Of a stretch of 64,000 bases of DNA, positions 44,343 through 53,965 are shown in pieces. A program made the position numbers and the translations under genes. The stretch lies in assembly GCA_002709835.1 (NCBI GenBank), contig PAQX01000033.1, positions 8,538 to 72,537 of the forward strand, read 5' to 3'. Numbering within the stretch: the stretch's first letter is position 1; each line of letters starts with the position of its first letter. Source of the stretch: Deltaproteobacteria bacterium (GTDB lineage: Bacteria; Myxococcota_A; UBA9160; UBA4427). The notes below the pieces were generated by a model. The model worked only from the letters and a program-made list of their open reading frames with translations. It did not search any database and had not been told where the DNA came from.

Positions 44343-44707
44343 GAGCCGAATGCGACCCGGGCCAGTGCCTCGTGCGTCACGCGTCTCAGCATGTTGAGCT
44401 TTCGCGAAGGCCATCGACCGGGCCCTTCCAACGAGGCCGATCTTCACTCGGGCGACCGGGGGTGTCAACCATCGAAAAGACGCAAAGCTGCCGAAATCGG
44501 GTACGAGAAGGGCTCTCGCGCCCGATCTACGTTCGAGCTGCCGCAGGTCTTCTCCTTGCCGCCGGCCGGGATTCCCGTTCCCGAACGGTTGCGCAGGGCG
44601 GGAGTTGCCGGTTGCCGAAACGCCGTTCGGTCACGAGATGCCTCGTGCAAAAAGTCTGAACGCCGGGTTCTGGAAATGGGCACGAAATGGCCGCAAGGCG
44701 GTGGGCT

Positions 44708-45628
44708 TCACTCCGGAGTCGCGGCGCCTCCGTTGCGCGCGTTGGCGCGGCGCAACGAGTCGACGGTGAACACGATCAGCCCAACCCATACGAAGCCGAA
44801 GCCGAAGGCATGCGAGGCGGTGAACGGCTCGCCGTAGACCGTCGTCGCGAGGAGCAGTGTGATCGTCGGCGCGATGTATTGGAACATGCCGACCGCCGCG
44901 AGGGGGAGGCGGCGTGTCGACGCGTGAAAGAGCAGGAGCGGCACTGCGGTGACCGCGCCCGCCAGAGACAGGTACGCGTGCTCCGAGAAGCTCGCCTCGA
45001 GCAGGGGCGAGTGTTCCTTCAAGGTCAGCGCGAAGAGGGCGAGCAGCGTGAGCGGCAGGAGCACCATCATTTCTCGGGCGAGACCGCCGAGCGGCGGGGC
45101 CGGCCGGACCTTGTGGATCAAGCCGTAGAGCGCGAAGGAACCAGCCAGCGCGAGCGAGATCCAGGGAAGACCCCCCGCGCGAACCGTGAGCGTCGCGACG
45201 CCGCCCGCGGCGATGACGACGGCGGCAGTCTGTGCGCGATTCAACCGTTCGCCTAGCACGACGAGGCCGAGCAGGATGCTCATCAACGGATTGATGTAGT
45301 ACCCGAGGCTCGTCGCGACGATCTGATCCGATTGGACCGCGTAGATGAAGATCAACCAGTTGGTCGAGAGCAGGAGTGCCGCGAGCAGGCTCCACCGCCA
45401 CTCCCCGGCGCCCGAGGGACGAAGCTCGTGGAGCTTCCCGGTCACGGCGGCGGCGCCTAGGATCAGGATGAGCGTCCAGGCGATCCGGGGCAGGAGAACT
45501 TCGTCGGAAGGGATGTGGTTGATCGCCTTCCAGTAGATCGGGACGAGACCCCATGCGAAGTAGCAAGCAGTCGCGAAGCCCATTCCGCTTGGCGAGAGCG
45601 CTTCGTCGGCTTCGGATCCCGGGGCCAT
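44708..45628 (-). CDS. rarD: EamA/RarD-family permease
   Basis: Ten TM helices. WGLVPIYWK...P..E.L..R..W and GYYINPL motifs are typical of RarD. Start trimmed to ATG 45628, which avoids overlap with the upstream gene. Confidence 0.85.
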   Translation of the reverse strand: MAPGSEADEALSPSGMGFATACYFAWGLVPIYWKAINHIPSDEVLLPRIAWTLILILGAAAVTGKLHELRPSGAGEWRWSLLAALLLSTNWLIFIYAVQSDQIVATSLGYYINPLMSILLGLVVLGERLNRAQTAAVVIAAGGVATLTVRAGGLPWISLALAGSFALYGLIHKVRPAPPLGGLAREMMVLLPLTLLALFALTLKEHSPLLEASFSEHAYLSLAGAVTAVPLLLFHASTRRLPLAAVGMFQYIAPTITLLLATTVYGEPFTASHAFGFGFVWVGLIVFTVDSLRRANARNGGAATPE

Positions 45629-45647
45629 GCCCGAGACCCTAGCAGCG

Positions 45648-46274
45648 TCAGCTCCGGGTTTCGGCGCGGTAGGCGAGCGTCGACGGGGAGACGCCGAACT
45701 CCGGCGGCGCTTCGATTCCACGGAGCGCGAGGGTCAGTCGGATCAGCGCGTAGTGATGGATCACGTGGGTCGAGACGAATTGCATCTCTCTGGAGAGAGA
45801 GGAGCGAGTCCAATCCTGACCCGGCTCCGGGCGGACTTCGATCGGCGTGCGGCCATCGAGGGAGCGGATCCGCTCGAGAGCGCCGATCGTGCGTTCGATC
45901 TGCTGGCGGCCGACCTCGCGGTGGGTCTCGACCTCCGAGCGTCGTTTTCGGGAGGTGTAGTCGATCCGTCGAGCGTCGATCCCGGCGAGCAGGCAGGAGA
46001 CGAAGTCAAGGGAATGGCGGGTATGCGCGCCCGGGCTGGCCCAGGTCGAGTCGGCGGACTGGGTCGTCGTCTCGAGGGCCGCGGCGTAGTCCTCGTCCGA
46101 CAGAGCCTCGATCATCGCATGGCCCTGTCGCAGCAGGTCGATCAGCTCCTCCGCGGACCGGCTCAATTCGGTGCTCTGCTCCGGTCGCGGGGCGGGAGCC
46201 CGGCTCGCTCGGAGGAGTGCGGTCGGGTCGTGCGGATGGACTTCTTCTGCACAGCTTCGTAGGCTCGACGACAT
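45648..46274 (-). CDS. DinB-like four-helix-bundle protein
   Basis: Start is ATG 46274 (MSSSLRS). His-containing helices (...AHTRHSLDF..., ...VIHHYALI...) resemble DinB/YfiT-like metal-binding bundles. Confidence 0.6.
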   Translation of the reverse strand: MSSSLRSCAEEVHPHDPTALLRASRAPAPRPEQSTELSRSAEELIDLLRQGHAMIEALSDEDYAAALETTTQSADSTWASPGAHTRHSLDFVSCLLAGIDARRIDYTSRKRRSEVETHREVGRQQIERTIGALERIRSLDGRTPIEVRPEPGQDWTRSSLSREMQFVSTHVIHHYALIRLTLALRGIEAPPEFGVSPSTLAYRAETRS

Positions 46275-46605
46275 GTTTCCCTGCGTTTCCTCGAACGAAA
46301 GAGGTTCGAGCAGAGGGGGCTCGGCGGAATCCGCCCACTCTCTTTCCCTATCGGCCACTCGCCGCGAAATCCTTCGCCTGCAGGTCGGGCGATCGGCTTG
46401 AACCGGACCCGTGCCGCGATTGGGGGAAGGGCGAACAGGGCTTGTACCCGAGGCAGGGGCTCCAGGTCTCCCCGCCATCCTACGCGCTGTCGCGTCGCTT
46501 GGGGGGGCGTGCCGGCGGCGCGCGGCGAGGGCGGGCGCGCCATTCGGGACGGCGGCTTCGAAGGACGCGCGCTCGATCAGAGAGGACTTCGGCGGCGCGG
46601 CCGGT

Positions 46606-49044
46606 TCAGTTGACGAGACCGCTCGCCACCAGATCGGCGACCTCTTCCGCCTCGAACCCGAGTTCCTCCGCGAGGACCTCGAAGCTATCCCCACCGATCA
46701 GCGGGGATGCGTGGCGCGGGCCGTTGTCGTAGCCCGAGATCCGGAACTGGTGACCGGAGTAGGGGATGCGGCCCATTTCGGCATGGTCGAAGTGGCGGTA
46801 GAAGCCGCGTTGGGCGTACTGAGGGTCGTTCTGGAGGTCGCTGCTCCGCTGGACGTGGCCCGCCGGCACGCCGGCGTCGACCAGGACCGCCATCGCTTCC
46901 CGGGGCTTCCGCTCCCGGGTCCAAGCCGCGAGCTCCGCATCGATCGCGTCGTGTGCCGCGAGGCGTCCCGCGACGGTCTCGAGCTTCGGGTCCCGCGCCC
47001 ACTCGGGATCACCGAGGGTCCGACGGAGCGCGGCCCACTGGGCATCGTCCTCGACGGCGATCGCGAGCCATTCGTCTTCTCCGGCGCAGGGGTAGGCGCC
47101 CTGGGGCGCGGCGTCCCGAGAACGGTTGCCGTTGCGGGTGATCTCGAGGTCCGTGGTCTGCCGGGCGAGGAGCTCCGGTGCCAGGAAGTGGAGGGCGGCC
47201 TCCATCTGACCGAGGTCGATATGCTGGCCCTCGCCCGTGCGGCGTCGGTGATCGAGGGCGGCGAGCAGGGTCGTCGTCAGGAAGCGCGGGGCAACGGTGT
47301 CGGTGTAGGCGTTCCAGGGGCCGACGGGCGGGCGGTCGGGCCAGCCGGTCAGGTCGAAGAAGCCAGCGACGGCGGCGGCGTGGTAGCCGTAGCCGGCCAT
47401 GTTCGCGATGCGTCCGGTCTGGCCCATCAGACAGGTGCTCACCATGACGACGCTCGGGTTCGCCGCGCGCGCGGCCTCGTAGCCGATGCCGAGGCGATCG
47501 ACGGCCCCCGGAGTGAAGCTCTCGAGGATCACGTCCGCCCACTCGATCAGGCGGCCCGTGATCTCACGCGAACGTTCGTGCTTCATGTCGACGGTCAGGC
47601 TGCGCTTCGACGTGTTGAACTCGCCGAAGAACTGGGAGCGATTCCAGCCGCGTTGGTCATCCTTGTAGGGGCCGGCGGTGCGCAGGTTGTCGGCCTTCAC
47701 GCTCGACTCGATCCGGATCACGTTCGCGCCGTGGTCCGCGAGGTATTTTCCTGAGATCGGACCGACGCCCACCCACGAGAAGTCGGCGACCTTGAGGCCT
47801 TCGAGGGGGTATTCGGGCACGGGCGTGCTCTCGCGAAGCGGGGTCCGCTCGCGGGGTGCCGCGTCGAGCTCACGTAGGATCTCGTCCGTGTGTTCTCCGA
47901 GCCGCGGAGCGCGCCGCTCGATCTCGAAGGGCTGGAGGCTCGAGCGCGCGAAGGGGCCTGGCGTGCGGGCCGAGCCGCCGCCGGGCAGCTCGACCTCGTG
48001 GAAGTAGGCGCGGTCCTCGAGCTGCTCGAAGGTGAGCATGTCGTCGAGGGTCATGACGGGCGCGATGGTGAGGCCCTTCTCGAGGCCGGGCAGGAAGAGC
48101 TCCCGTTTCGTCTTCGTCTCGAGATAGGAATCGACGGTGGCGTCGAGTTCCTGGAGGGAGACCTTCAGCTCGCCGTTGCTGAAGATTCGCTGGCTGTAGC
48201 TGTCCCAGTCTTCCCGGGCGAGGAAGGCTTCGTCGATCGTGCCCGCCTCGAGGAGGATCGGCGTGAGCTTCTTGAACGACTCGGTCGTGATGAGGGTGAC
48301 GACGTGGCCGTCCTTCGCGGGGTGGGCCAACTCGAGGTCCTTCGGGCCGATCTGGAGCTTCGCGGCGTTCCGCTCGTAGTCGAAGCCCTGGATCGGTTCG
48401 GCGGTCAGGCCATTCAGCATGGTCCAGGTGAGCGCACTCTGGGCAGAGACGTCGATGAAGACGCCCTTCCCGGTCGTGCGTGCGCGGGCGTGACCGACCA
48501 TCGCGGCGACTGCAGCTTCCGAACCTGCATGCCGCCAGGCCTGCGGAACCGAGAGGCGGAGCGGAGCGCGATCTCGGTCGCCCTGGAGCGACATCGATCC
48601 CGCGAGCGCCGCGAGGGTGAGGTCGGCAGCAGGCCAGTCCGCGGCGGGGCCGTCGCTTCCGAAGGGCGTGACGCGGACGTGGACGAGCTGCGGGTTCGCC
48701 TCGAGGAGCATCGCGTGATCGAGGCCCGCTTCGTCGAGGAGGCTCGGCGGACCGGAGTCGAGGACGAAGTCGGCGCCCCGGGCCAGCTCGAGGAAACGCG
48801 CGCGCCCCTCTTCCGTTGCGAAGTCGAGGACGACCGAGCGCTTGTTGCGGTTGTAGGCCGCAAACGAGAGGCTGCGCTCGCTCTCAGGTCCTTCTTCTAG
48901 GAGCGGGCCGACCTGTCGAGCGGCGCTTCCGTCGGCGGGTTCGACACGCACGACGTCGGCGCCGAGATCGCCGAGCATCATGCCGGCAATCTGGCCACGG
49001 ACATCGGTCAGGTCGAGGACGCGGTATGGCGCGAGCAGGTCCAT
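46606..49044 (-). CDS. tandem-fused family III (CaiB/BaiF) CoA-transferase, paralog of 8243..10663
   Basis: The signature appears twice: YRVLDLTDVRGQIAGMMLGDLGADVVRVEPADG and LEGLKVADFSWVGVGPISGKYLADHGANVIRIESSVKADN. 812 aa. Confidence 0.9.
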   Translation of the reverse strand: MDLLAPYRVLDLTDVRGQIAGMMLGDLGADVVRVEPADGSAARQVGPLLEEGPESERSLSFAAYNRNKRSVVLDFATEEGRARFLELARGADFVLDSGPPSLLDEAGLDHAMLLEANPQLVHVRVTPFGSDGPAADWPAADLTLAALAGSMSLQGDRDRAPLRLSVPQAWRHAGSEAAVAAMVGHARARTTGKGVFIDVSAQSALTWTMLNGLTAEPIQGFDYERNAAKLQIGPKDLELAHPAKDGHVVTLITTESFKKLTPILLEAGTIDEAFLAREDWDSYSQRIFSNGELKVSLQELDATVDSYLETKTKRELFLPGLEKGLTIAPVMTLDDMLTFEQLEDRAYFHEVELPGGGSARTPGPFARSSLQPFEIERRAPRLGEHTDEILRELDAAPRERTPLRESTPVPEYPLEGLKVADFSWVGVGPISGKYLADHGANVIRIESSVKADNLRTAGPYKDDQRGWNRSQFFGEFNTSKRSLTVDMKHERSREITGRLIEWADVILESFTPGAVDRLGIGYEAARAANPSVVMVSTCLMGQTGRIANMAGYGYHAAAVAGFFDLTGWPDRPPVGPWNAYTDTVAPRFLTTTLLAALDHRRRTGEGQHIDLGQMEAALHFLAPELLARQTTDLEITRNGNRSRDAAPQGAYPCAGEDEWLAIAVEDDAQWAALRRTLGDPEWARDPKLETVAGRLAAHDAIDAELAAWTRERKPREAMAVLVDAGVPAGHVQRSSDLQNDPQYAQRGFYRHFDHAEMGRIPYSGHQFRISGYDNGPRHASPLIGGDSFEVLAEELGFEAEEVADLVASGLVN

Positions 49045-49063
49045 CGGCGGCGGGCCCTCCGGA

Positions 49064-49450
49064 TCAGGTGTCGGCGTTGTAGACGCGCTCGGTGAAGCGC
49101 CAGCCGTCGGCGGTCTTCGTCAGCTTGTCGAGATAGCGGCCCGTGGTGATGACCTTGTACTCGGGGCCGGCGATGTAGCCGAGGAGGAAGGCGGAGCCGT
49201 TCGCCGCGTCGCCCTCGCCGTCGACGACGACGTTGGTCGCGTTGTGGCGCATGAGCGGCATCATCTCATGGGTCTTCACCGCGAACTCGGAGATCGCCTC
49301 CTGGCCCTCGCAGAGGGTATGGCCCGGGTTGAAGACGCCATCGGCGACGAAAAGCCCCCCGAAGGTCTCGCCGTCTCCGGTGTCGATCGCGGTGTTGTAG
49401 CGGGCGTAGAGCATCTGGATCTCGATCACGTCGTCGGTCGTCAGCGGCAT
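49064..49450 (-). CDS. SnoaL-like / NTF2-fold protein
   Basis: 128 aa from ATG 49450. [32 protein letters not shown]...[20 protein letters not shown] is the typical NTF2-like cone pattern. Confidence 0.7.
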   Translation of the reverse strand: MPLTTDDVIEIQMLYARYNTAIDTGDGETFGGLFVADGVFNPGHTLCEGQEAISEFAVKTHEMMPLMRHNATNVVVDGEGDAANGSAFLLGYIAGPEYKVITTGRYLDKLTKTADGWRFTERVYNADT

Positions 49451-49658
49451 GGGGCTTCCTTCTTTGAGTGCGCGCGGCGGTTTCGGCGGGCCGTGTGCAG
49501 CGAGGGGAGACGCTACGGCATGGCCGATTCGTCGCAAGCGAGTCGCCCCCGTTCGCCCTCGAGCGGAATCTCGGCGACCCCCGTTGCACCGCGCTATAAC
49601 CCCGTCGTCGCGGCCCCCGAAACAGCGGCTGCGACGTCTGGAGGCGACGAGGACGCGC

Positions 49659-50174
49659 ATGGCGGACGAAACGACGCAAGCCCCGGAGGTCCTGGTCGGG
49701 ATCGTGATGGGCTCGACCTCGGACTGGCCGACGATGAAGAACGCGGCGGAGGTGCTCGAGGCCCTCGAGATTCCGCACGAGACGCGGGTCGTCTCCGCGC
49801 ACCGGACGCCCGACCTCCTCTTCGAGTATGCGGAGACCGCATCGGACCGAGGCCTCCGCGCGATCATCGCGGGTGCCGGCGGTGCGGCGCACCTGCCGGG
49901 CATGCTCGCGGCCAAGACCTGGGTGCCCGTCCTCGGGGTGCCGGTCCAGAGCAAGGCCCTCTCCGGGATGGACTCGCTCCTCTCGATCGCCCAGATGCCC
50001 GGAGGCATTCCCGTTGGCACCCTCGCGATCGGGAACTCGGGGGCGAAGAACGCGGGACTCCTCGCAGCGGCGATGCTCGCGACGACCGACGAGGGCGTGC
50101 GGAAGCGGCTCGAAGAGTGGCGCGCCCGGCAGACGGCCGACGTGCTCTCGAAACCCGACCCCAGCGTCGACTGA
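49659..50174 (+). CDS. purE: 5-(carboxyamino)imidazole ribonucleotide mutase
   Basis: [14 protein letters not shown].......L......[10 protein letters not shown]...........G....[22 protein letters not shown], the canonical class I PurE pattern. Start is ATG 49659. Confidence 0.93.
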   Translation: MADETTQAPEVLVGIVMGSTSDWPTMKNAAEVLEALEIPHETRVVSAHRTPDLLFEYAETASDRGLRAIIAGAGGAAHLPGMLAAKTWVPVLGVPVQSKALSGMDSLLSIAQMPGGIPVGTLAIGNSGAKNAGLLAAAMLATTDEGVRKRLEEWRARQTADVLSKPDPSVD

Positions 50175-50204
50175 TCGACAGCGGCAGAGAGAAGAGGGAT
50201 GGAG

Positions 50205-51308
50205 ATGAAGGTCGGGATCCTCGGCGGCGGGCAGCTCGGACAGATGCTCGCGATGGCGGCCAAGCCCCTCGACGTGGAGACCGTCGTCCTCGATCCCGCC
50301 GAAGACGCGGTGGCCGGTCAGGTCACGCGTCATCTCGCCGCGGACTGGACCGATCCGGCCGCGCTCCAGGAGCTCGCCGCGACCGACGTCGTGACCTACG
50401 AGTTCGAGAACGTGCCGTCCGAGGCGGTCGAGAAGCTCGTCGTCGACGTGCCCGTCCACCCGGCGCCGGCTGCCCTCGTGAAGAGCGGCGACCGGATCAT
50501 CGAAAAGAACCTCTTCAACGACCTCGGGATCGAGACCGCGCCCTTCGCTCCGGTCGACTCGCGGGAAGACCTCGAACGCGCCGTCGACACGATCGGCCTG
50601 CCGGCGATCCTCAAGACGCGCCGCTTCGGCTACGACGGCAAGGGGCAGGTCGTGCTGCGTGAGCCGGCGGACGTCGAGAGCGCGCTCGACGCGATCGCGG
50701 GGCAACCCGCGATTCTCGAAGGCTTCGTTCCCTTCGATCGCGAAGTGTCGGTTCTCGCGGCGCGCGGTCGGGACGGCGAACTCAAGTACTGGCCGGCGAC
50801 GGAGAACGTCCACGTCGACGGGATCCTCCACATCTCCCGCGCGCCGGCGGCCGAGGTCTCCAATGCGCTCCTGGCCGAGGCCGTGCGCGGACTCGAAGCC
50901 GTGATGGCCCACCTCGAATACGTGGGTGTGCTCGTCGTCGAGTTCTTCCAGGTGGGGGATCGGTTGGTCGCGAACGAGATGGCCTGCCGCGTCCACAACT
51001 CTGGCCACTGGACGATCGAAGGCGCGCCTGCGAGCCAGTTCGAGAACCAGATCCGGGCCGTCGCGGGCCTTCCTCTCGGCGAAACCGAGGTCGAGCGCTT
51101 CTCGGCGATGATCAACCTGATCGGTGAGGTCCCGCCCCTCGACCGGCTCGAGGGGCGCGAAGACGTGTTCCTGCACGTCTATGGGAAGTCGCCGCGGGAA
51201 GGGCGGAAGCTCGGTCATGTGACCGTCGTGGCCGAGACACGTGAATCGCTCGAGGTGAAGATCGAAGAGGTCTTCGCCGTCGTCGGGGATCGCTCGAAGT
51301 CCGCCTAG
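50205..51308 (+). CDS. purK: N5-carboxyaminoimidazole ribonucleotide synthase
   Basis: MKVGILGGGQLGQMLA..., YEFENVP, an ATP-grasp region (LPAILKTRRFGYDGKGQ), NEMACRVHNSGHWT. ATG 50205 is preferred over 50199 on SD spacing (AGAGGG). Confidence 0.92.
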   Translation: MKVGILGGGQLGQMLAMAAKPLDVETVVLDPAEDAVAGQVTRHLAADWTDPAALQELAATDVVTYEFENVPSEAVEKLVVDVPVHPAPAALVKSGDRIIEKNLFNDLGIETAPFAPVDSREDLERAVDTIGLPAILKTRRFGYDGKGQVVLREPADVESALDAIAGQPAILEGFVPFDREVSVLAARGRDGELKYWPATENVHVDGILHISRAPAAEVSNALLAEAVRGLEAVMAHLEYVGVLVVEFFQVGDRLVANEMACRVHNSGHWTIEGAPASQFENQIRAVAGLPLGETEVERFSAMINLIGEVPPLDRLEGREDVFLHVYGKSPREGRKLGHVTVVAETRESLEVKIEEVFAVVGDRSKSA

Positions 51309-52450
51309 CGCGGGCGAGCGTCGACCGACGGCCAGTCGAAGCGTTCGAAGAGCGGCGCGAGTTCCTCGCGGATCGCGGCTTCGTCCAGGTCGAACTCGAC
51401 GAGGGAGTAGCGGTGCTTCGTCTCGTGTTTGCCGGCGCGCGCCTGCGCGTCGTCGAGGACGCGTTCGAATCCGGCGTCGATCGGAAATCCTATATCCCGG
51501 TAGACGCGCTCGACGACGGCCTTCGGCTGCTCGATCAGTTCGCGGTAGTCGATCTCCGTCGCGAGGACCTCCGGGTGCTTCGCGAGGACTTTCGCGGGGT
51601 AGAGGTAGCTGTGGAGCGACTGCTCCTTGATCAGCCGGTAGCCGTTCTCCATCCGTTCCTCGGAGACGCCGCGGATCTCCCAGAATCCACGCATGAGCTT
51701 GAGCAGGCTGGGCATCGTCTCCAGCGGGTTCCGGTAGGGGATGATGAACTTCGCGTCGGGAAAGAACTCGATCAGCGATTCGACGCGGCCGGTGAACGTG
51801 GGGTTCTTCGAGAGATGGATCTTGCCTGGACCGTTCAGGTAGAGCTGACGCCGGATGCATTCCCGGTAGAAGCGCATCATCCGGCGACGCTTCCGGTCGG
51901 GCATCTCGTCCACGTAGTGGAAGCCCACGACGGAGAGATCCGGAACGCGCAGCGACCAGGATCCCGACGAACAGGAGTAGGTGAGAATGCCGTCGTCCTC
52001 CTCCGGGTAGTCGGCGGCCTGGTGATGGGCATCTCGGGTCTTCGAATAGCGCGCATCGCTCCGCGCGCGGGCGCGTCGCGCGAAGAAGCCGCCCAGTCGT
52101 TCTGCGTCGAAACGAGCGCTCCACCGGATCAGGACCTTGGGCAGGAGCGCCGACCAGAAGAGCTCGTACATCAGGAAGCACGAGAACCGCTCGTCCTGAT
52201 ACAGGAGGTCGTGGAGGTGGGTCGTGCCGCTCCGTCCGTGGCCGATCACGAAGACCGGCGTCTCGATCTTCGTCTTCCGGAGACCGGGAAAGAAGATCGG
52301 GTCGAGGGCGAAGCAGATCGCATTCAGCCCGGCGACGAGGGGGACGCGGATCATGAGGAGCGAGAAGAGTTTTCGAGCGCGACGTGGATCGGATTCGTTC
52401 CACGCGTACCGCATCATGCGGCCCCAGCATGCCCAGTCGAAGTAGAACAA
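51305..52450 (-). CDS. sulfotransferase-family protein
   Basis: PVFVIGHGRSGTTHLH (5'-PSB PAPS-binding loop) and a downstream ...YRNP... region. 381 aa. Confidence 0.8.
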   Translation of the reverse strand: MFYFDWACWGRMMRYAWNESDPRRARKLFSLLMIRVPLVAGLNAICFALDPIFFPGLRKTKIETPVFVIGHGRSGTTHLHDLLYQDERFSCFLMYELFWSALLPKVLIRWSARFDAERLGGFFARRARARSDARYSKTRDAHHQAADYPEEDDGILTYSCSSGSWSLRVPDLSVVGFHYVDEMPDRKRRRMMRFYRECIRRQLYLNGPGKIHLSKNPTFTGRVESLIEFFPDAKFIIPYRNPLETMPSLLKLMRGFWEIRGVSEERMENGYRLIKEQSLHSYLYPAKVLAKHPEVLATEIDYRELIEQPKAVVERVYRDIGFPIDAGFERVLDDAQARAGKHETKHRYSLVEFDLDEAAIREELAPLFERFDWPSVDARPR

Positions 52451-52459
52451 GGCGGTCTG

Positions 52460-52918
52460 CTACTCGCCGTTCACGAGTTCGTAGATCGCGTACTCGACGC
52501 AGTCCGGATGCATCCGGCCCTCGCCGACGGCGATCACCCGGGTCAGCCACGCATAGCGTTCGTCGGCGCACTCGAAGCGCACGTGGGTCAGGAACGGGTT
52601 GTCTCCGAACTCCGTCGATTGCCCGGCCGCGAGCTTTCCCTGGACGGTTTCGTTGAAGTCCATCAGTCCCGAGTACCGCATGTAGATCGGCGCATCGTCG
52701 TTCGTGCGGAGCATGAGGCGGACGTCCACCTGCCCGAACCCGTCTCCGGCGTCGAGGAGCCACTCGCCTCCCGGAGGGAGGACGACACCCGAGAGACGCT
52801 CGCCTTCGAAGGTGCCGCCGCTGACCGCGAAGATCTGCCGCGTGCCTATGGGGGTCGGGCCGATCAGCGTGGGGGCGTCGACGGTGGCTTTCAGCTGAAA
52901 AAGGTGGGCGAGCTTCAT
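52460..52918 (-). CDS. DUF3237-like beta-barrel protein
   Basis: ...IGPTPIGTRQIFAVSGGTFEG.RLSG.VLPGG.W......G....DVR..L.T.DGA.I...Y.G is the pattern of DUF3237. Lies 9 nt upstream of the sulfotransferase gene. Confidence 0.7.
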   Translation of the reverse strand: MKLAHLFQLKATVDAPTLIGPTPIGTRQIFAVSGGTFEGERLSGVVLPPGGEWLLDAGDGFGQVDVRLMLRTNDDAPIYMRYSGLMDFNETVQGKLAAGQSTEFGDNPFLTHVRFECADERYAWLTRVIAVGEGRMHPDCVEYAIYELVNGE

Positions 52919-53013
52919 TCGGTTTCTCCTCGGTTGGACCGCGTCGAGAGGGAATCCCAGAAGAGGGGCGCGGACAACCCGGTCCGATGATCTCAGGCTA
53001 GGCTGTTCACCGC

Positions 53014-53859
53014 ATGGGCTTCACCGACTTCGATCATCACATGGCCTTCGTGAACGGCCAGCAGATTCACTACGTCCGGGCCGGAGAAGGTCCGGCGGTC
53101 GCGCTCCTGCACGGCTGGCCCCAGACCTGGTACATGTGGCGCAAGGTCATCCCGGCGCTCGCAGAGCGGTACACGGTCCTCGCGCCGGACCTTCGCGGTT
53201 TCGGACAGTCGTCGAAGCCGCTGGACGGTTACGACAAGCGCACCGTCGCCGTCGACATCTACGAGCTCGTCCGTTCGCTCGGCTTCGAAGACGTGGCGCT
53301 CGTGGGCCACGACATGGGCGGACCGACGTCGTACGCCTACGCGTGTGCCCACCCCGATGAAGTCCGGCGCCTCTGCATCCTGGACGTCGCGATCACGATC
53401 GACGAGTCGGAGCAGGCGGAGTACTACAAGCGCCTCTTTCACCTCTCGTTCAACGCCGAACCGGACATCGCGATTCAGCTCGTGACGGGCCGTGAGCGCG
53501 AGTTCCTGACCCACTTCTACCGGCGCTGCTATAACCCGGGCGCCTTCAGCCTGGAAGACATCGACGAGTACGTGGCCGCGTTCTCGGCGCCGGGAGCGAT
53601 GCGCGGGAGCATGGCCCACTACGGCGCGCTGCCGCTGGACCTGAAGCACAACCAGGAAAACGCCGAGACGAAGCTCGAGATGCCGGTCCTCGCGCTGGGC
53701 GGCGCCATGAGCTTCGGGGGCGGTGTGAAGAAGAGCCTCGAGGCCGTCGCGAACGACGTGCGCGGAGGCGTAATCCAGGGCTGTGCCCACTGGATTGCGG
53801 AGGAGCAGCCGGAGCGGTTGCTCGAAGCGCTCCGGCCCTTCCTGGCCGAGGACGACTGA
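53014..53859 (+). CDS. alpha/beta hydrolase (epoxide hydrolase / haloalkane dehalogenase-like)
   Basis: LLHGWPQTWYMWRKVIP.L (HGWP oxyanion motif), nucleophile elbow VGHDMGG, C-terminal GCAHWIAEEQPE (catalytic His). Confidence 0.88.
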   Translation: MGFTDFDHHMAFVNGQQIHYVRAGEGPAVALLHGWPQTWYMWRKVIPALAERYTVLAPDLRGFGQSSKPLDGYDKRTVAVDIYELVRSLGFEDVALVGHDMGGPTSYAYACAHPDEVRRLCILDVAITIDESEQAEYYKRLFHLSFNAEPDIAIQLVTGREREFLTHFYRRCYNPGAFSLEDIDEYVAAFSAPGAMRGSMAHYGALPLDLKHNQENAETKLEMPVLALGGAMSFGGGVKKSLEAVANDVRGGVIQGCAHWIAEEQPERLLEALRPFLAEDD

Positions 53860-53965
53860 GTCGGCGGCGGTCGCTCGAATTGCCTACGTTCGCGGCTCAG
53901 GGAGTCGGTCGCCTCGCGGCGAAGGGTCGTCGCGAAGGAGGTCGCTCCGTCAGCAGGAGCCAACC

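Noticed and set aside
51305-51308. Convergent purK and sulfotransferase genes sharing a palindromic CTAG for both stop codons
   Set aside because: The overlap is real, but it is a trivial 4-nt overlap of convergent genes. There is no evidence of function beyond compact packing.
49266-52763. 1165-aa minus-strand ORF. Similar giants are 8183..10834, 57763..60684, 9735..11774 and 61051..62214
   Set aside because: These ORFs are antisense or out of frame relative to strongly supported genes (purE/purK, the CoA-transferase, coxS/coxL, the amidohydrolase, xdhC). Their translations are low-complexity and Arg/Pro/Gly/Asp-rich. Long spurious ORFs are expected at this GC content.
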